A stretch of DNA of 64,000 nt. Origin: Raja brachyura (lineage: Eukaryota). The notes beneath the pieces are model-generated. The model did not search any database. It saw only the letters and a program-made list of their open reading frames with translations, and had not been told where the DNA came from. Both the position numbers and the translations under genes were made by a program. Position 1 is the first letter of the stretch. Each line of letters starts with the position of its first letter. Positions 12,028-24,800 of this stretch are shown piece after piece. The stretch is taken from NCBI GenBank assembly GCA_963514005.1, contig OY740814.1:15252001-15316000 (forward strand), read 5' to 3'.

Positions 12028-12320
12028 TTATCCAGTGCTCAATCCCCAGCGCTCAATATCGAGTACCCACTGGCCACTGTATAACATCCAGTGCTCGGTC
12101 CCCAGCGTCATATATCCAGTGCCCACTAACATCCAGTGCCCGTTCATCACTGTCCAATACCCATTGCCCACTAAGAAACATCCAGTGCCCAGTCCCCGCC
12201 ATCCAATATCCAGTGCCCGGTAACATCCAGTGCCCAGCTCCCACCGTCCAATATCCAGTGTCCGCTGAGCCCAGTGTTCAATACCCAGTGCCCATGTCCA
12301 GCTCACGGTGCCCAGTGCTG
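12028..12320 (+). repeat. Degenerate minisatellite (core ATCCAGTGCCC) at the start of intron 1
   Basis: Recurrent CCAGTGCCC/CAATATCCAGTG motifs; explains the repetitive IQCP/QYPV ORFs. Confidence 0.8.
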
Positions 12321-15300
12321 AGCCACGGTTCACCTGGGTCCCCACATGCTTCAAGCGAGCGTTGCATTGCCTAAAAGGCGCTCGTCTTCACACGAGGGCG
12401 GGCTGTTTCAGTTATCGCAATCCCAGTCTGTGTAAAATCCCTCAACTGGATCATTGGGCTGTTTATTTTCCTAATAATCTGAGTGCAATTACCGCAGAGA
12501 CAAAGCCAACACACGCACTAGAGGGAAAGGTTGGAAATGCAACAATTTAAATGAGTTTCAACCTATAATAGAACTGGGATTTCATGTCGCTAACAGCAAG
12601 CAACAACCGAAAAGCACCTTTAATATTATCGTGAAATCAACTTTTATTTTTGCACCAATGACTGCATATTTCTAATGTTTTGCCGGGACCTGTAATTTCT
12701 AAATAATTAATCGGTAGTTGGCTTTGGCGAGAGTCTATTTTTACCGGTTAATCAGTCACAACACGATTGCTAATGAAGCAATGAAGGAAAACGGAGAGCG
12801 AGAGGGAGCGCGCCCGGCATCCGCCAATTTTAATTAATCTTTGAAGTGAAGCCTCTTCCTGCTGAGAATCCAATATTAAGAAGGAGCAAATCAATAAATT
12901 ATGCAACAGGCCAGATGCGAGGTTTATCAAACTAGACAAAGTTAATTATCTGTTTCTTGGGCAGAGTGGGTGGGTGTAGGTGAGCGGCAGAGCGTGATCG
13001 GGGTGGGTTTTTTTTTACCGTGTCAGATGGGGCAAAATCGCGGGGCTCTCCAGCGCCTCCTCGTGTACCGAGAGGAGACTGCGGCCCCTGCAACCCCACG
13101 CTCCAGCGAGCACGGCGATGCCTCTCATATATTTTCCTTCAATATCCAATTACATTTTTTATTACTGATGTCAAAACACTTAAATCAGCAGCGGCTGTGT
13201 TTTATTCTAGAGGATGCAATCGTGCATTTGTAGGGGGGGGGGGGGGGGGGGGGTGACAGGGAGACATTCCCCTATGGAATAGACTGCCACTGTGGGAATG
13301 TTGGTGATCGATTGTCAAACATCGATACAACCAAACGACTACCCCGTCTGTCACTGATTAAATATCACTGAGCCACTGCGCTTGTGTATTCCCAAATTAA
13401 ACCTCTCCCCGTTGTCCGCAGTCTCACTGTTTACATGTTGTCTTTATTTCAGGCTCCAATATTTATGTCAATGTCTGACACATTAATGTTCCGCAGTGTC
13501 AGTGAAACACCAAACTGCAGCCAGCTGCCGCTCCGGGATTACCGTTCATTTTTAGAGAAGCCGAAACAAAATTAAAATATCCACTGGATTCGCCGCATAT
13601 AGATTGTACATAAATCAAAAACAGGCGCGGATTAATCTGAATGTGACGGATTGTCGGAGTCTGGCGGCTGCGGGTGGGAAGTGAAGCGGGGGGGTGGTTT
13701 GTAGATCATTGCAGGGGGGTCAGGACCGAGCCGCAGACGCCTCTGCCAGGGTGACGAACACAACAAGGCGACGCGGTCACTGGGGTACATCTTCCTTCTG
13801 CAAAGGCTCCAATAGACAGTCACCTCTACACACAAACACTGACAGACACATGCGCTCACTTACACTGAAACACACACATATTGAGGCAGACACAAGCACA
13901 TATAGATAAACACACACATATATATATAGACGTATTGAAGGACACACACACAATACGAGTGATTCCAGTTCTTCTTTCAAATTGAAAGAAAACAACAAAG
14001 ACAAACACGGGATTAGTTCGGACTTTAGTCCATGGGGACCTGGAATCGGCCAGTCAAGTGAAGCAGGGCTGTTCTGTGGCAGTGAGGACCCAGCCTGTCC
14101 CGCTGAGATCAAGGTTACTCACAATGCCACCTGTGCAAAGCGAGCTTCGCCCTGCCTGGTCCATGTGGATGTGAGAAATCTCCCTGGTGAGGGCAGAGGG
14201 CAAAGTGCAAAATGGAACAGAGGTAAGCTCCTTGACTGCCACTAGAGAATGGCATGGTGGCACAGGTGGCAGGATGGGAGGGGAAGGCAGCCGGAGGTGG
14301 GATGGAGCTGATGGATTGAAGGGGTGGGGCTCAGGGGAGTGATGGAGGCAGTATCAAGAGAAATCTTCAGGCATCCATGAGATGTTGTGAATGTTTACTG
14401 TGCTTTTGTTGCCAGTGCACTCCCCTATGCAAGTCTGGTCTACATCGTAAATGCACATTAACCAGGCAGCTCTGTTCCTAATTTTGGACATTTATTATTG
14501 CTCTGATTTCTTCCTGCCATTGAGGGAGATTTCACAGGAGATTATGTGAAATAACCTGTGACTGCAGTACCTTTGTTGATAGTACACTAGCACAAAGCAG
14601 CAGTGACGGTGGGCTTATTGCATGAATATCAGGGAACCTGTGTCCCTGTTTACTCCTAGTTCTTCATAAGCTTTCAGCCCCAGCCTTAATCTGGTACGCA
14701 TTGGGGGCTATGCCGTTGGACTTGTTAGTTGTGGCTGCAGATGGTGTTCCCTTCAGTCCCGACTCTCTGCCAACTTGTTCGCAGCTCATTCTGCTGCTCA
14801 CTGAACACAAGCCCTGAATCGTGGTCTTCCTCCACTTGCACCATTTTGCCCCTAAGACCAGGGTTACAACATGGATTCCAAAAGGGCTGGATAGCATTGC
14901 CAACCTTCAGAATTCCCAGTAATGAAGGAATCACTGGTAAACCGACATGAGTAACAATCAAAGTGCAAACGCAGCAGCTTTAAGTGAGATTTTCATTTCT
15001 GTTTGAATACTTTTGATAATTAATTACAAACAATGGGACCTGGGGTGAAGCGCTGTTTAACTGAAGGCAAGGCTTCAACCAATTACTTAATATTGGAAAT
15101 TACTTTATAATTGGCTGTGGAAAAACAAGACTACATTAGCATGGGTGTTAGCTGACAAAGGGTGAAAAGTTGGGAGGTGATATTGTTGGGGGAAGAATAA
15201 ATCCAGGATAAATCCAGGATATCATTCAACTAGAGTCATGTGGAGGAAGCCACCTGACCAACCTTTATGGATAGAGAAAGTGAGTGAGTCAGGTTCCTGA

Positions 15301-18300
15301 AGGATCAGAGCCCCTGTCTTTGCCCACGTCTAACTCTTGTTTGAGACAGTGGACTGTATACATGCGCACAAGGCCTTGCCCAATCAACTGCGAACTCTTA
15401 CACCAATGGTCTCAGGTGGCAACATGTACAAGGGAGTTGCTCTGCAATCCACTTCAATTAGGTTTATTACTGGGTATATTGGGAACTTTGTGTTTGCAGA
15501 AGCAGGCTGTCATGTATCCTACATGTAACTGAAATGAAACTTTGAAAACATTTTATTGGTTGTGATGTGTTAGGAGTTCCGACAGAGAGCACACCCCTCC
15601 CTACACAACCCCCTACATCTCTACAGTGCTCTTCCAATTCTGGATTTTTTTTTCCAATTTAATGGTTGCACCCACCTGCCCCCATCCCCATTCCCCCCCC
15701 CCCCCCACCCACCTAAGCCCCCAATCCCCCCTCCAAACCTCTGTTTTGCTTTCACCTCTCCTTAAAACTTCCCTCTCTGACCAAGCCTTTACTCAGTTGC
15801 TTTTATATCTTCTGCATTTATATAACTGCATCTGCACCAATGTTCGTGTTCTCTTGACAATCATTTCTGTGAAGTGCTTTGGTCCTTGCAAAATAAATGC
15901 AAGTTGTCGTTGTTGACAGTGCCTGTCATTGGATGTGACATTTTATCTCAGCCCTGCCCATTCTTATTAGCACCTAAATTGGCACCTTGCATCCTGTGAA
16001 CGCACTGTTGTGGCTTCAATATCAAAATGACTTAAAGAGCTTTTGAAAAGGCAGAGAATACGGAAGTGGTTATCCTGATATTGGTATTGGTTTATTATTG
16101 CCATGTATACAGTGAAAATCTTTATTTTGCGTAGTGTCCATACCATACATGAGTGCCGGGTCGTGCAAACGAGAAAATAAACACATGCAGAATATAGTGT
16201 CACAGCCACAGCGAATGTGCAGATAACACAGGAAGATCGGGAATTCATCCTCATCCTACAAACGGCCCGTTGACAAGTCTGAAAACAGCAAAGAAGAAGC
16301 TGTTCTTGAATCTACTGGCCTGGCTTATAGATTGCTAAATATTTATATTCCATATCGGGATACCTGAGCACAGTCATACAGGGAGCTCTCTGTGTGAACA
16401 GATCATGGAGCCACGGTGACTGCTAGGGGTAGCAATCCTGAACACCTCTGCACAGAGATGGTTAGATTCTGCCCAATCCTTCATCCCTGCCTCAGAAACC
16501 ATTAGAGATTTTCCTTTTCACCAAAACTAATCATATGTCAAAATATTATTGCAAAGTAAGGATTGTACATATTCACTTTTAAATTTAAACTCTATTTCAG
16601 CTGTGTGCTCCAGTCTAGTCAGCCTCTTCACCTGGAGACCATGATTGAAAGAATAAAACAGAAGGATTTACATCTACATACGAGCACCACTCCAGCACTG
16701 TAAGAGGTGCTGTCTTTCAGATGATTAACTGGAGGCCTTATCTGTCTTCTCAAGTATTTTGAAGACCAAAAGGAAGATTGCCAGGTGCCTGGCAATATTC
16801 TTTGTTGGTTGGAGTGAAACAGATTATTGAGTCACTTATCAGTGTCATTTGTCGGAGTTTGTTGTGTGTATATTGGCTTCTGCATTTCCAACATTATTAA
16901 GCTTCAAAGACACATCATCGTGAAGTACATTGCATCATCTTGCGATAAAGGTGCCATAAATATGTAAAACAATGTTTTGTTTCTTGTTGTGTTGTTAGTT
17001 ATTGAAATATGATGATTCAATGATTTTTGTTGTACTTATGGGAGTAAAGTCATTTTCGATATTAGCAGTTAAATGCTTAGAACAGTGTTGTCTCTCTGAA
17101 ATTATCACATCTGACTGGTTTGTTTTTCCTGTTCTGAGTGAATGTCATTGTCAGCAGCATTCGACAAGATGACAACATTCATACAGTGTTGAGTGCACCA
17201 AGCCTTGTGCATCTATCATCACTGCATAATGTTCAAGATCTGATTACTCCAGTCATTTGCTATTATTATCATAAATTATGTTTTTCTCTTTTTGTAAATA
17301 AGTGTGGAGAATCTCTACTGTCAGTGTATAATTCAGCACCTGTTAAGCGGTACAAGATCAGGAATATACAAGCATCGATTCCCTCGCTGTGCAGAGTTCA
17401 CTGACTTCCCTTTAAAACTCATTATTGTGGAGCAGTGGTTGCTGCCATTTATTGCCCACTTTTAGTTCTCGTTGAGCTGGTGGGGAATGGGCTTCCCTGA
17501 ACCACTGCACTCTGCCAGCTTTGCTTTGTACAGACTGAGAGGTTCTTTAGGCAGCTATGGAGGGTTTTAAGGCGTGTGGTAGGATTTTCCATAGCAACGA
17601 TGTCCCTCCATTAGGCAACTCTCCTGGCTTCAGAGGGTGACTTTGAAGAAATAGAATTCTGGAGTATTGATCAAAAGACATTAGTTCAAATTCTACTGCA
17701 CAGATTGGGTGAATTACCCATTAGAACAATGGTGTGGCCATTTCAGAGGACAGTTAGATGTCAGGTGATAGATTTGTAGGTCCATAGTCTAAAATGTAGA
17801 TTTCCTTCCTTGAACCAGACAGGGTTTACAACATTGCTCCATGGTTACTGATATTGATAATACAGCAGGAGAAACAACATTGTAGTAATTAAATATATCT
17901 AAATAATAAACTCTTATCAATAAAGGTAACCATGAAGCTATGGAATTGTTGTAACCCTGCCTGGTTCAAGGAAACAAATCTACATTTTGGACTATAGATC
18001 TACCGATCTATCACCCGACATCTAACTGGATGTAATTAAAATGCCCACGCCAATATTCTAATGGGCAATTGACGTGATCTGTGCATTTTCATGCTGGTTT
18101 GATATCCAAGATCAACACAATTTTGGGGTCATTTCTCCATTAGAAGCTGAGACAAAGCCTAGGGCTTTGGACACCCCAGCAGTTGTTGCTAACCAAGCAC
18201 TTGGTTAAAAAAAACTGGCACTGGCGCTACAGAATATGTGATTGCCAGAGGCATGTACGAGGGCACGAATGGACAAGTGGGGTTAATTACAGTGAGCTAG

Positions 18301-20199
18301 CATTGACACATTGGGCTGGATGGCATTTTGTTTATGTGTTTTACTCCTCTTACCTTCCCTATTCAAGATCAGAAACTGAGAAAGCATGAACTAATTTTTG
18401 AAATTCTGCCCCCACAGCCACTTGAATTTTGTAACTACTGTGCTGGCAGATCAATATTAACCAGGGCTCCGTGTCGAGAATGTTAATCTGACTAGTTTAT
18501 TTTAATTACATCCAGTACAGTGAAATTCGTGTCATTGCAGTTGTATGGTGAAACACGTACAGGAACTCTGTGCAGCAATAGTTTAATTGAATCTGAAATT
18601 GCCTTATTCTATTATTCTGCAGCAACTCGGTAAGATTGCTGCAACATCACTTTCTCCTTTGTAGTTGCTGCAAATGGAGGACCACAGCATTGTGATGGAA
18701 ACTCCATCAGCTCCCAAGTTCCCCACCAAAACTCAGGCGCGTCTTACTGTGGAGTTACATCAGGCATTCCTTCCTCGGTGCTGTGTTGGTATCATGGAAT
18801 ATCTTATTCGTGTCTAAGGGACTCCCTGGAGAAGCTCCCACATACAAAGCGCACCAGGTGTGGTTTGGAGGTTTAACTCGGGCAGGAGAGGGCAGCCTTG
18901 TCAGCAACCACCACCCTCGAGAATGAGTTTTAAAGTAAAGTCAATTAACTCGGCACAGTTTGGGAATCATTGCTTGCTCACTCCTGGTACCTGATCTTGG
19001 ATAGCCAAAAAGGTGGTAAATTAGTCACTGACTAGTAATGTGCCTTCCAACAGTATTCTAGGCTTCTGGATACCACTGCATTAATACTAATCATAAAATG
19101 TAAGGCAATTTAAACCAAAGTCCGGCACCAAGCCAGGCAAGTAGATATTAAGACAGGTGACAGAAAATTTGGTCAGTGGAGCCTTTTAAAGCAATGAGGG
19201 AAGTAAGAGCCAATGGCCTTGGCTACCAATAGTTGGGGCAGTTACAATCCAGGATGATCTAGAGGCAATAATTGTAGTAGTTCAAAAATCCCAGAAGGTT
19301 GTAGGACTGGAAAAAATTGCAGTGGTAGGGAGAAGCCAGAGAGGAATTCAAAAGTGATAAGAATGTTAAAATTGAGAGGTTGTCAAATCATGCTGCCTGC
19401 ATTAAGTTACCTCTCTCCAGCACCATCTTTACTATGATTGATTTTCTAATTTGGTCTTGCATTAATGTCTTGTTTTCTTGCACCATCTTTTCTTCCTTCT
19501 TCTGCCTTGCAAAATGTTATATCTACGCTATGTATCATTTATGTTTTTGTTTGCGTGACGCGGCTGCAAGCAAGATTTTCATTTTACCTCGCCTTATTTG
19601 TGCATATGACAATGAACAACACTCAACTTGCCTTGAACGGAATCTAGAGAAAGCCAGTGAATGAAGTGTGAATAAGGCAGTGTGCAAGGGATGTGCAGGT
19701 GAGCTCAGACCTGGTGGGAGGTGGGAGGAAGTCAGCAGTTATGGGGCCAGAAGATAATGCTGACATGGGTATGAGTATGAAGGGGCTAAGCCATGGGAAG
19801 ACAAGAGTTGGCAACTTAAATGGTAGAATATACAGATTCTCCTGCACTTTGCAGGAAGATCATTGTCCTTCATTCTCAGCAGATATCAGGCCACCAAACC
19901 CCATGGAACATATCACAGAGAATCTCAGCGATTGTATAACCGAGAAAGAGACCAGTCAACTGTCAGCCCTTTGCAAAGGATCACTCCCCAGCTAGTTCCG
20001 TGTTCTGCAAACATCCCCCCTTGTTATTTATCCAATTCCTTTTAGAAATGCCCTGTTAAATCTTCTTCTATCATCCTTTAAGACGTAGCATTCCAGTTCA
20101 CAAGAACGTGTGCACAAAGCAAATTCTCCTCATCATCTCCCTGGTATTTTTTGCCATTCTGCCCTGACTATGGACCCACACTATGGGCTTGACTTTTAA

Positions 20200-21500
20200 T
20201 CACCATCTGAAATCACCCAGCAAGCCATCCGGGTGCATCGTAATCACCACACTGAAGCAGAGAAAGCAAAACACCAGACCAAAATTGGTCAGCGTTGAAT
20301 CAGGCACTGAGTTTGGTCACAGCCAAGTTGACTTTATAAACATCTGGGGACTAGCATGTAAATTGGAGGAGTTGCTTCACAGTCTAGTGGTTGTACTGGA
20401 GGAATCATCTTTACGTAAAATGGTGTTGTCAACTAAACTGTTAAGTGATACCTGCTCACTGATGGAAGAAACTCTCAGGTCCAGGCATCATCACAGCCTT
20501 GGTCCAAATGCAGACCAAAGAGCTGAGTTCCAGAGATGGTGGATGAGTGACAACCTTTGATATCAAGGCAGCAATTAATCGAGTGTGGCTCTATGACCCC
20601 TGGTAAAATGGGTTAATGAACAACAAGGGGCAAGCACTTCAATTCTTGGAGTCATTTCTTGCACAAAAAGGTTAGCTGTGGTGTCGGATATCAATCATCC
20701 TATCCGCCATTTACAACCTTCCTTCCCTCGTAAGATCACGTTGAGATTCTGCTGATGACTGCACCATGGTCAATGCTCAGCAAATGAAGCTGTGCATACT
20801 ACAACACCATCCAGACACAGGCTGATAAGTGATTAGTAAGATTCACACCACATGAGTGCTGGCCAATGACTTGTTTCAACAAGGGAGTGTCCAATTACAT
20901 ACTTTTTATATTCAAAAGCATTACCATTTCTAAGCCCTGCACCATCACCATCCCCATCCCCATCCCCATCCTGAGGTCACCACTGGCCACAAACCCAACC
21001 AGATCAGCCATCTCCAAACACTAGTTACATGAGCAGGTCAGTGACTGGATCCTCTGAGGTAACTCATTCCTGATACCCCCAAAATATCTACCTACAACAT
21101 ACAATTCAGGAGTGCGGTGGCATAATCTTAACTTGCTGGGATGAGTGTAGCTCCGCAACTCTGAAGAAGCTCTTCAGAGCAAAGCAGCCCATGTGATTAG
21201 CATCCCATCCAGCACCATAACTATGAATTCCCTCCTCTGCACACTGGCTGCAATTCTATCATCTGCAAAATGATACTCTTGGCTACTCTTACGGCATCTC
21301 TCAAACCATGATCTCTACTGTCAAGAAGGCGAAATGTAGCAGATGCAGGTTCCTCTCCAAATTGCACACCATCCTGATTTGGAAATATCCTTCAATCCAT
21401 CATCGTCACTGGGTCTAAATCCAACTGCACTATGGGGCTACCTTCCCAAAGGCAATTAGTTGTTGTGGGCAATAAATGCTGGCAGTGATGCCCATACCCA
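20200..21500 (+). mobile_element. Heavily decayed LINE (L2/CR1-like) fragments
   Basis: Remnant ctgctgatgactgcacc (ADD-like), ggctgataagtg, tail gggcaataaatgctggc; boundaries approximate. Confidence 0.45.
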
Positions 21501-21591
21501 AATAAAATCTTCAATCCATTTCTCAGTTTATTGATCCTCCTGCCAGGAGGAACCTTTTCTTCTCTGACCAAACCCTTCATGATATTGAACA

Positions 21592-21806
21592 GAGATAGAC
21601 AAAAAAAGCTGGAGAAACTTAGCGGGAGAGGCAGCATCTATGGAGCGAAGGAATAGGCGACGTTTCGGGTCGAGACCCTTCTCCAGACTTCTTCAGTCCG
21701 AAACGTCGCCTATTCCTTCGCTCCATAGATGCGGCCTCACCCGCTGAGTTACTCCAGTTTTTTTGTCTACCTTCGATTTGTCCAGCATCTGCAGTTCTTT
21801 CTTAAA
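21592..21806. mobile_element. Palindromic Penelope-terminus mini-element with 14-bp TSD
   Basis: Inverted arms about a centre at ~21690; CATGATATTGAACA 21578-21591 vs CATGACATTGAACA 21807-21820. Confidence 0.85.
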
Positions 21807-24800
21807 CATGACATTGAACACATCTTTCTAAAACCTTCTTTGCTCTGAAGACAATCCCAGCTTCTCCAGACTCTACACTGAGCTGAGGTTCGTCACCTCC
21901 TCAACCAAACTGGTAAAGCCTCTGCATTTCCCCCTTCCAAGGTCTTAACACCCATCCACCAAAAAGGCAGGGCCATGGTCGGGCACATTAGTCTAGTTCG
22001 GGTCAAAGCATGGTTAATGTGGTTGTGTACTGTTCTCTTATTTTTGTGCTCTGTGCCTCTACAAATAAACCCATGGATCATTGTTATGTAGACTCCTGGA
22101 ATCTGTCCTTCAAAGAGTATGTAGACACACTGTATGGTCTTTCTGTTTCCTGCATGCACTTCCATCATTTCACACTTGTCTGTGCTAAATTTCAATGTCT
22201 GTTAGTCTGCTCATTTCTCCAGTCTGCCTTAGACCTCCTGAAGTTTGTTACTTTCTTCATTACCATTCATTACATTTCCTTTCATTGCACCCCCTGCAAA
22301 CATTTAAATATTGCGCTGTGTATCCAAGCCAGATCACAATCAGCTACCAGCAAATGCTGTGGTCCAAATTGCAACCACCCGGGAACATCACTGTCATCTT
22401 CCGTTGGTCTGAGAAACAACCACTCACCAGTATTCACTGCTTCATGCAGCAAATTTTCATCCGATTTATGAAGAATTACAGTAGCTTTGCATGATAGAGC
22501 TTTTAAAAAACACAAAGACTGAACATTTTGTGTAACTGTCAGTTCAAATCTGTGGTAATTACAGAGTACGGAAATCTCGCTGCCCTTGTTTCTCCGCCCT
22601 CTCCCTCTACCAATCTTTATATAGACCCAGGCAAGCTTCTTCTGCCAAACATGAACATTTATGGCAAGTGTACAGTCTTACAATCAGAGTCACACTATTC
22701 GATAGTAGATGTATCCAGAATATTGTCTCCCAGAATCAACTCCTACGTCACAGTAGGGACTACATTTCAAAAGCTTTTTGGAACATCCTGAAGCAATGTG
22801 ACAGGTGCTATAAAAAAAAATATTTTTAACACCTTTTACCAAAGGTATGGAAACATTCCAGATTCAGGTCAATGTACAGTTTGTGTAGAATGAAGGAGTA
22901 TTTAGCAAAGGCAAGTGAATGGAATGAGGAATTCAGCTGTATTGGATAGAATAGCAGAGCAGGATCAAGGGTCTGAGTGACCTCCTGTTGCCCATGAATA
23001 CATATTTTGATTAGTTTACAGTGCCTTTGCTGAGGGATGAAATGTTTGGAAACACCATCTGCTTCCTCATCATAGGTAGCATGGACTGGATTCAGAATAT
23101 GTCTGTCCTATTCCCTTGACAGCTTAGAACACAGGCCCATTCACAGCTTCTCCAGATTCAATTATACCGGCAACAGTAAATCAACCAACTTGATCTGGTG
23201 CCACCTAACTTGGCACTGATTGATCTTATTTACTGGAAAATGACCAAATGGAGATAGGATGATGTTATAATACATTAGGCATTAAGTATATAAAATCCCA
23301 GCTAAAGGATTGATGCTACACCTTATCGTGTCTTTAGATCCTTGCAATTAAAACTAAAGGTTTCTCTCCTCTGGGCTGCATGATGATCCAATTTATATTC
23401 AATGACCAAATGCAAACGGTCCTGAATCCATCACAGAAAGTTGAATGTTTGCTGCACCCACAGCACGGCTGGCCACTGGACATTGACCCTCGTGTGTAGG
23501 TGAGCAGTAGAATTTGGAAGAGCTGATGAGAACGTGGGCAGAATTAAAAAATGATTAATGTAGAATTTGTGTAACTGGGTTGTTGGTGGTCAGCACAGAC
23601 TGGCTGGGGCAAAGGATTTGTGTGTAAAATAAAAGCAGAGAATGCTGGTAATACTCAGCTTGTCTGGTCACATCGATGGGAAGAGAAACAAAGCTAACAT
23701 TTAATGTCTGCAATGAAAGGTGCTGAACGGTCTTTGACCTAAAACATTAACTCGGTTTCTGAGCCGCTGTGTATTTCCAGCCTCATAGAGAAGAACTACT
23801 CTAACCTTGCTCAATTTGTGCGATCTCTGACCCCGACACGGTGAACTGTGATGTCCCCAGTATCAAGCCCCCCACCCCCATATCACTCATCAATGCCAGT
23901 AAACATGCAATGTTATGACTAGCATCTGCTCAATATGCTGTGGTTTTCCACACTTCCATGGGCCCAGATTTCTGAAGTGGAATAGAATGCATACATAATA
24001 CTGCAGGGCTAGAGATCCAGCTTTTAAGCAGCTGTATTAGAGTTCCCATAAAGCTCCCAATAAATTAGTCATTAATAAGTCCAGTGGAAAATTCAGGAGA
24101 AATATATTTGGCCAGAAAGTGGTGGCATGGTTCCACCTTGCAAGTGCAACTCAGTCGCAAAGAAAGTGGTTGAAGCAAGTAGCAGAAATGTGTTAAGGCA
24201 GAAGTTTAATAGAAAGAACGAGAAGACCTACTGATGGGGCGGGAAGGTGGTGTGAGGTGGGAGCATTGGCACTGCACGCTGCTCTATAAATTCCATGGGA
24301 AGACATCCAGAGCTAAGGAGCCACATGCAAGCGGAATGACTGTGCAGGGACTGTGAGGGGAATCAGCAACTGATGGATTGCATGCTCTGTGACAATAGAG
24401 AACGGAGTCTGTCACCTCCTCAGGATACCCTAAGACTATTCCTGGCATTAAGTCCTCCTGAAATATAGTCATTGTTGTTCTGTTGACACACAGTAACCGG
24501 ACTGTACACAGTAATTTGACACAGATATCATGAGCCAATAATCCAAATGATGAAATAGAAGTAAATATTGACCAGACACCAGGGGGAACTCCCTACTTTA
24601 AAACAAATGTTCACCTACACAGTGAAAGAGGTCCTCAGATCATCTCAGCTGGAAGACAGCACCTCGCTGGTACCATCTGCATTAGATTAGGTTGCATAGT
24701 TCCAGAGCGTGATTTCCCACATCTCCCGCCCCCTCCCCCCGTCAACTCAGCAGACAGATTGCTAACCAAAGAGCCCGACTGATGCAAATATCTTCCAGTC

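Noticed and set aside
12028-12320. Analogy with the tandem repeats controlling imprinting of rodent Rasgrf1
   Set aside because: The rodent repeats lie far upstream and are lineage-specific; no evidence of homology or imprinting here
11939-12374. Repetitive ORFs (IQCP/QYPV) after exon 1
   Set aside because: Intronic minisatellite read-through past a canonical donor
17332-17350. Second RE1 site (TTCAGCACC)
   Set aside because: Left half-site only; no GGACAG half
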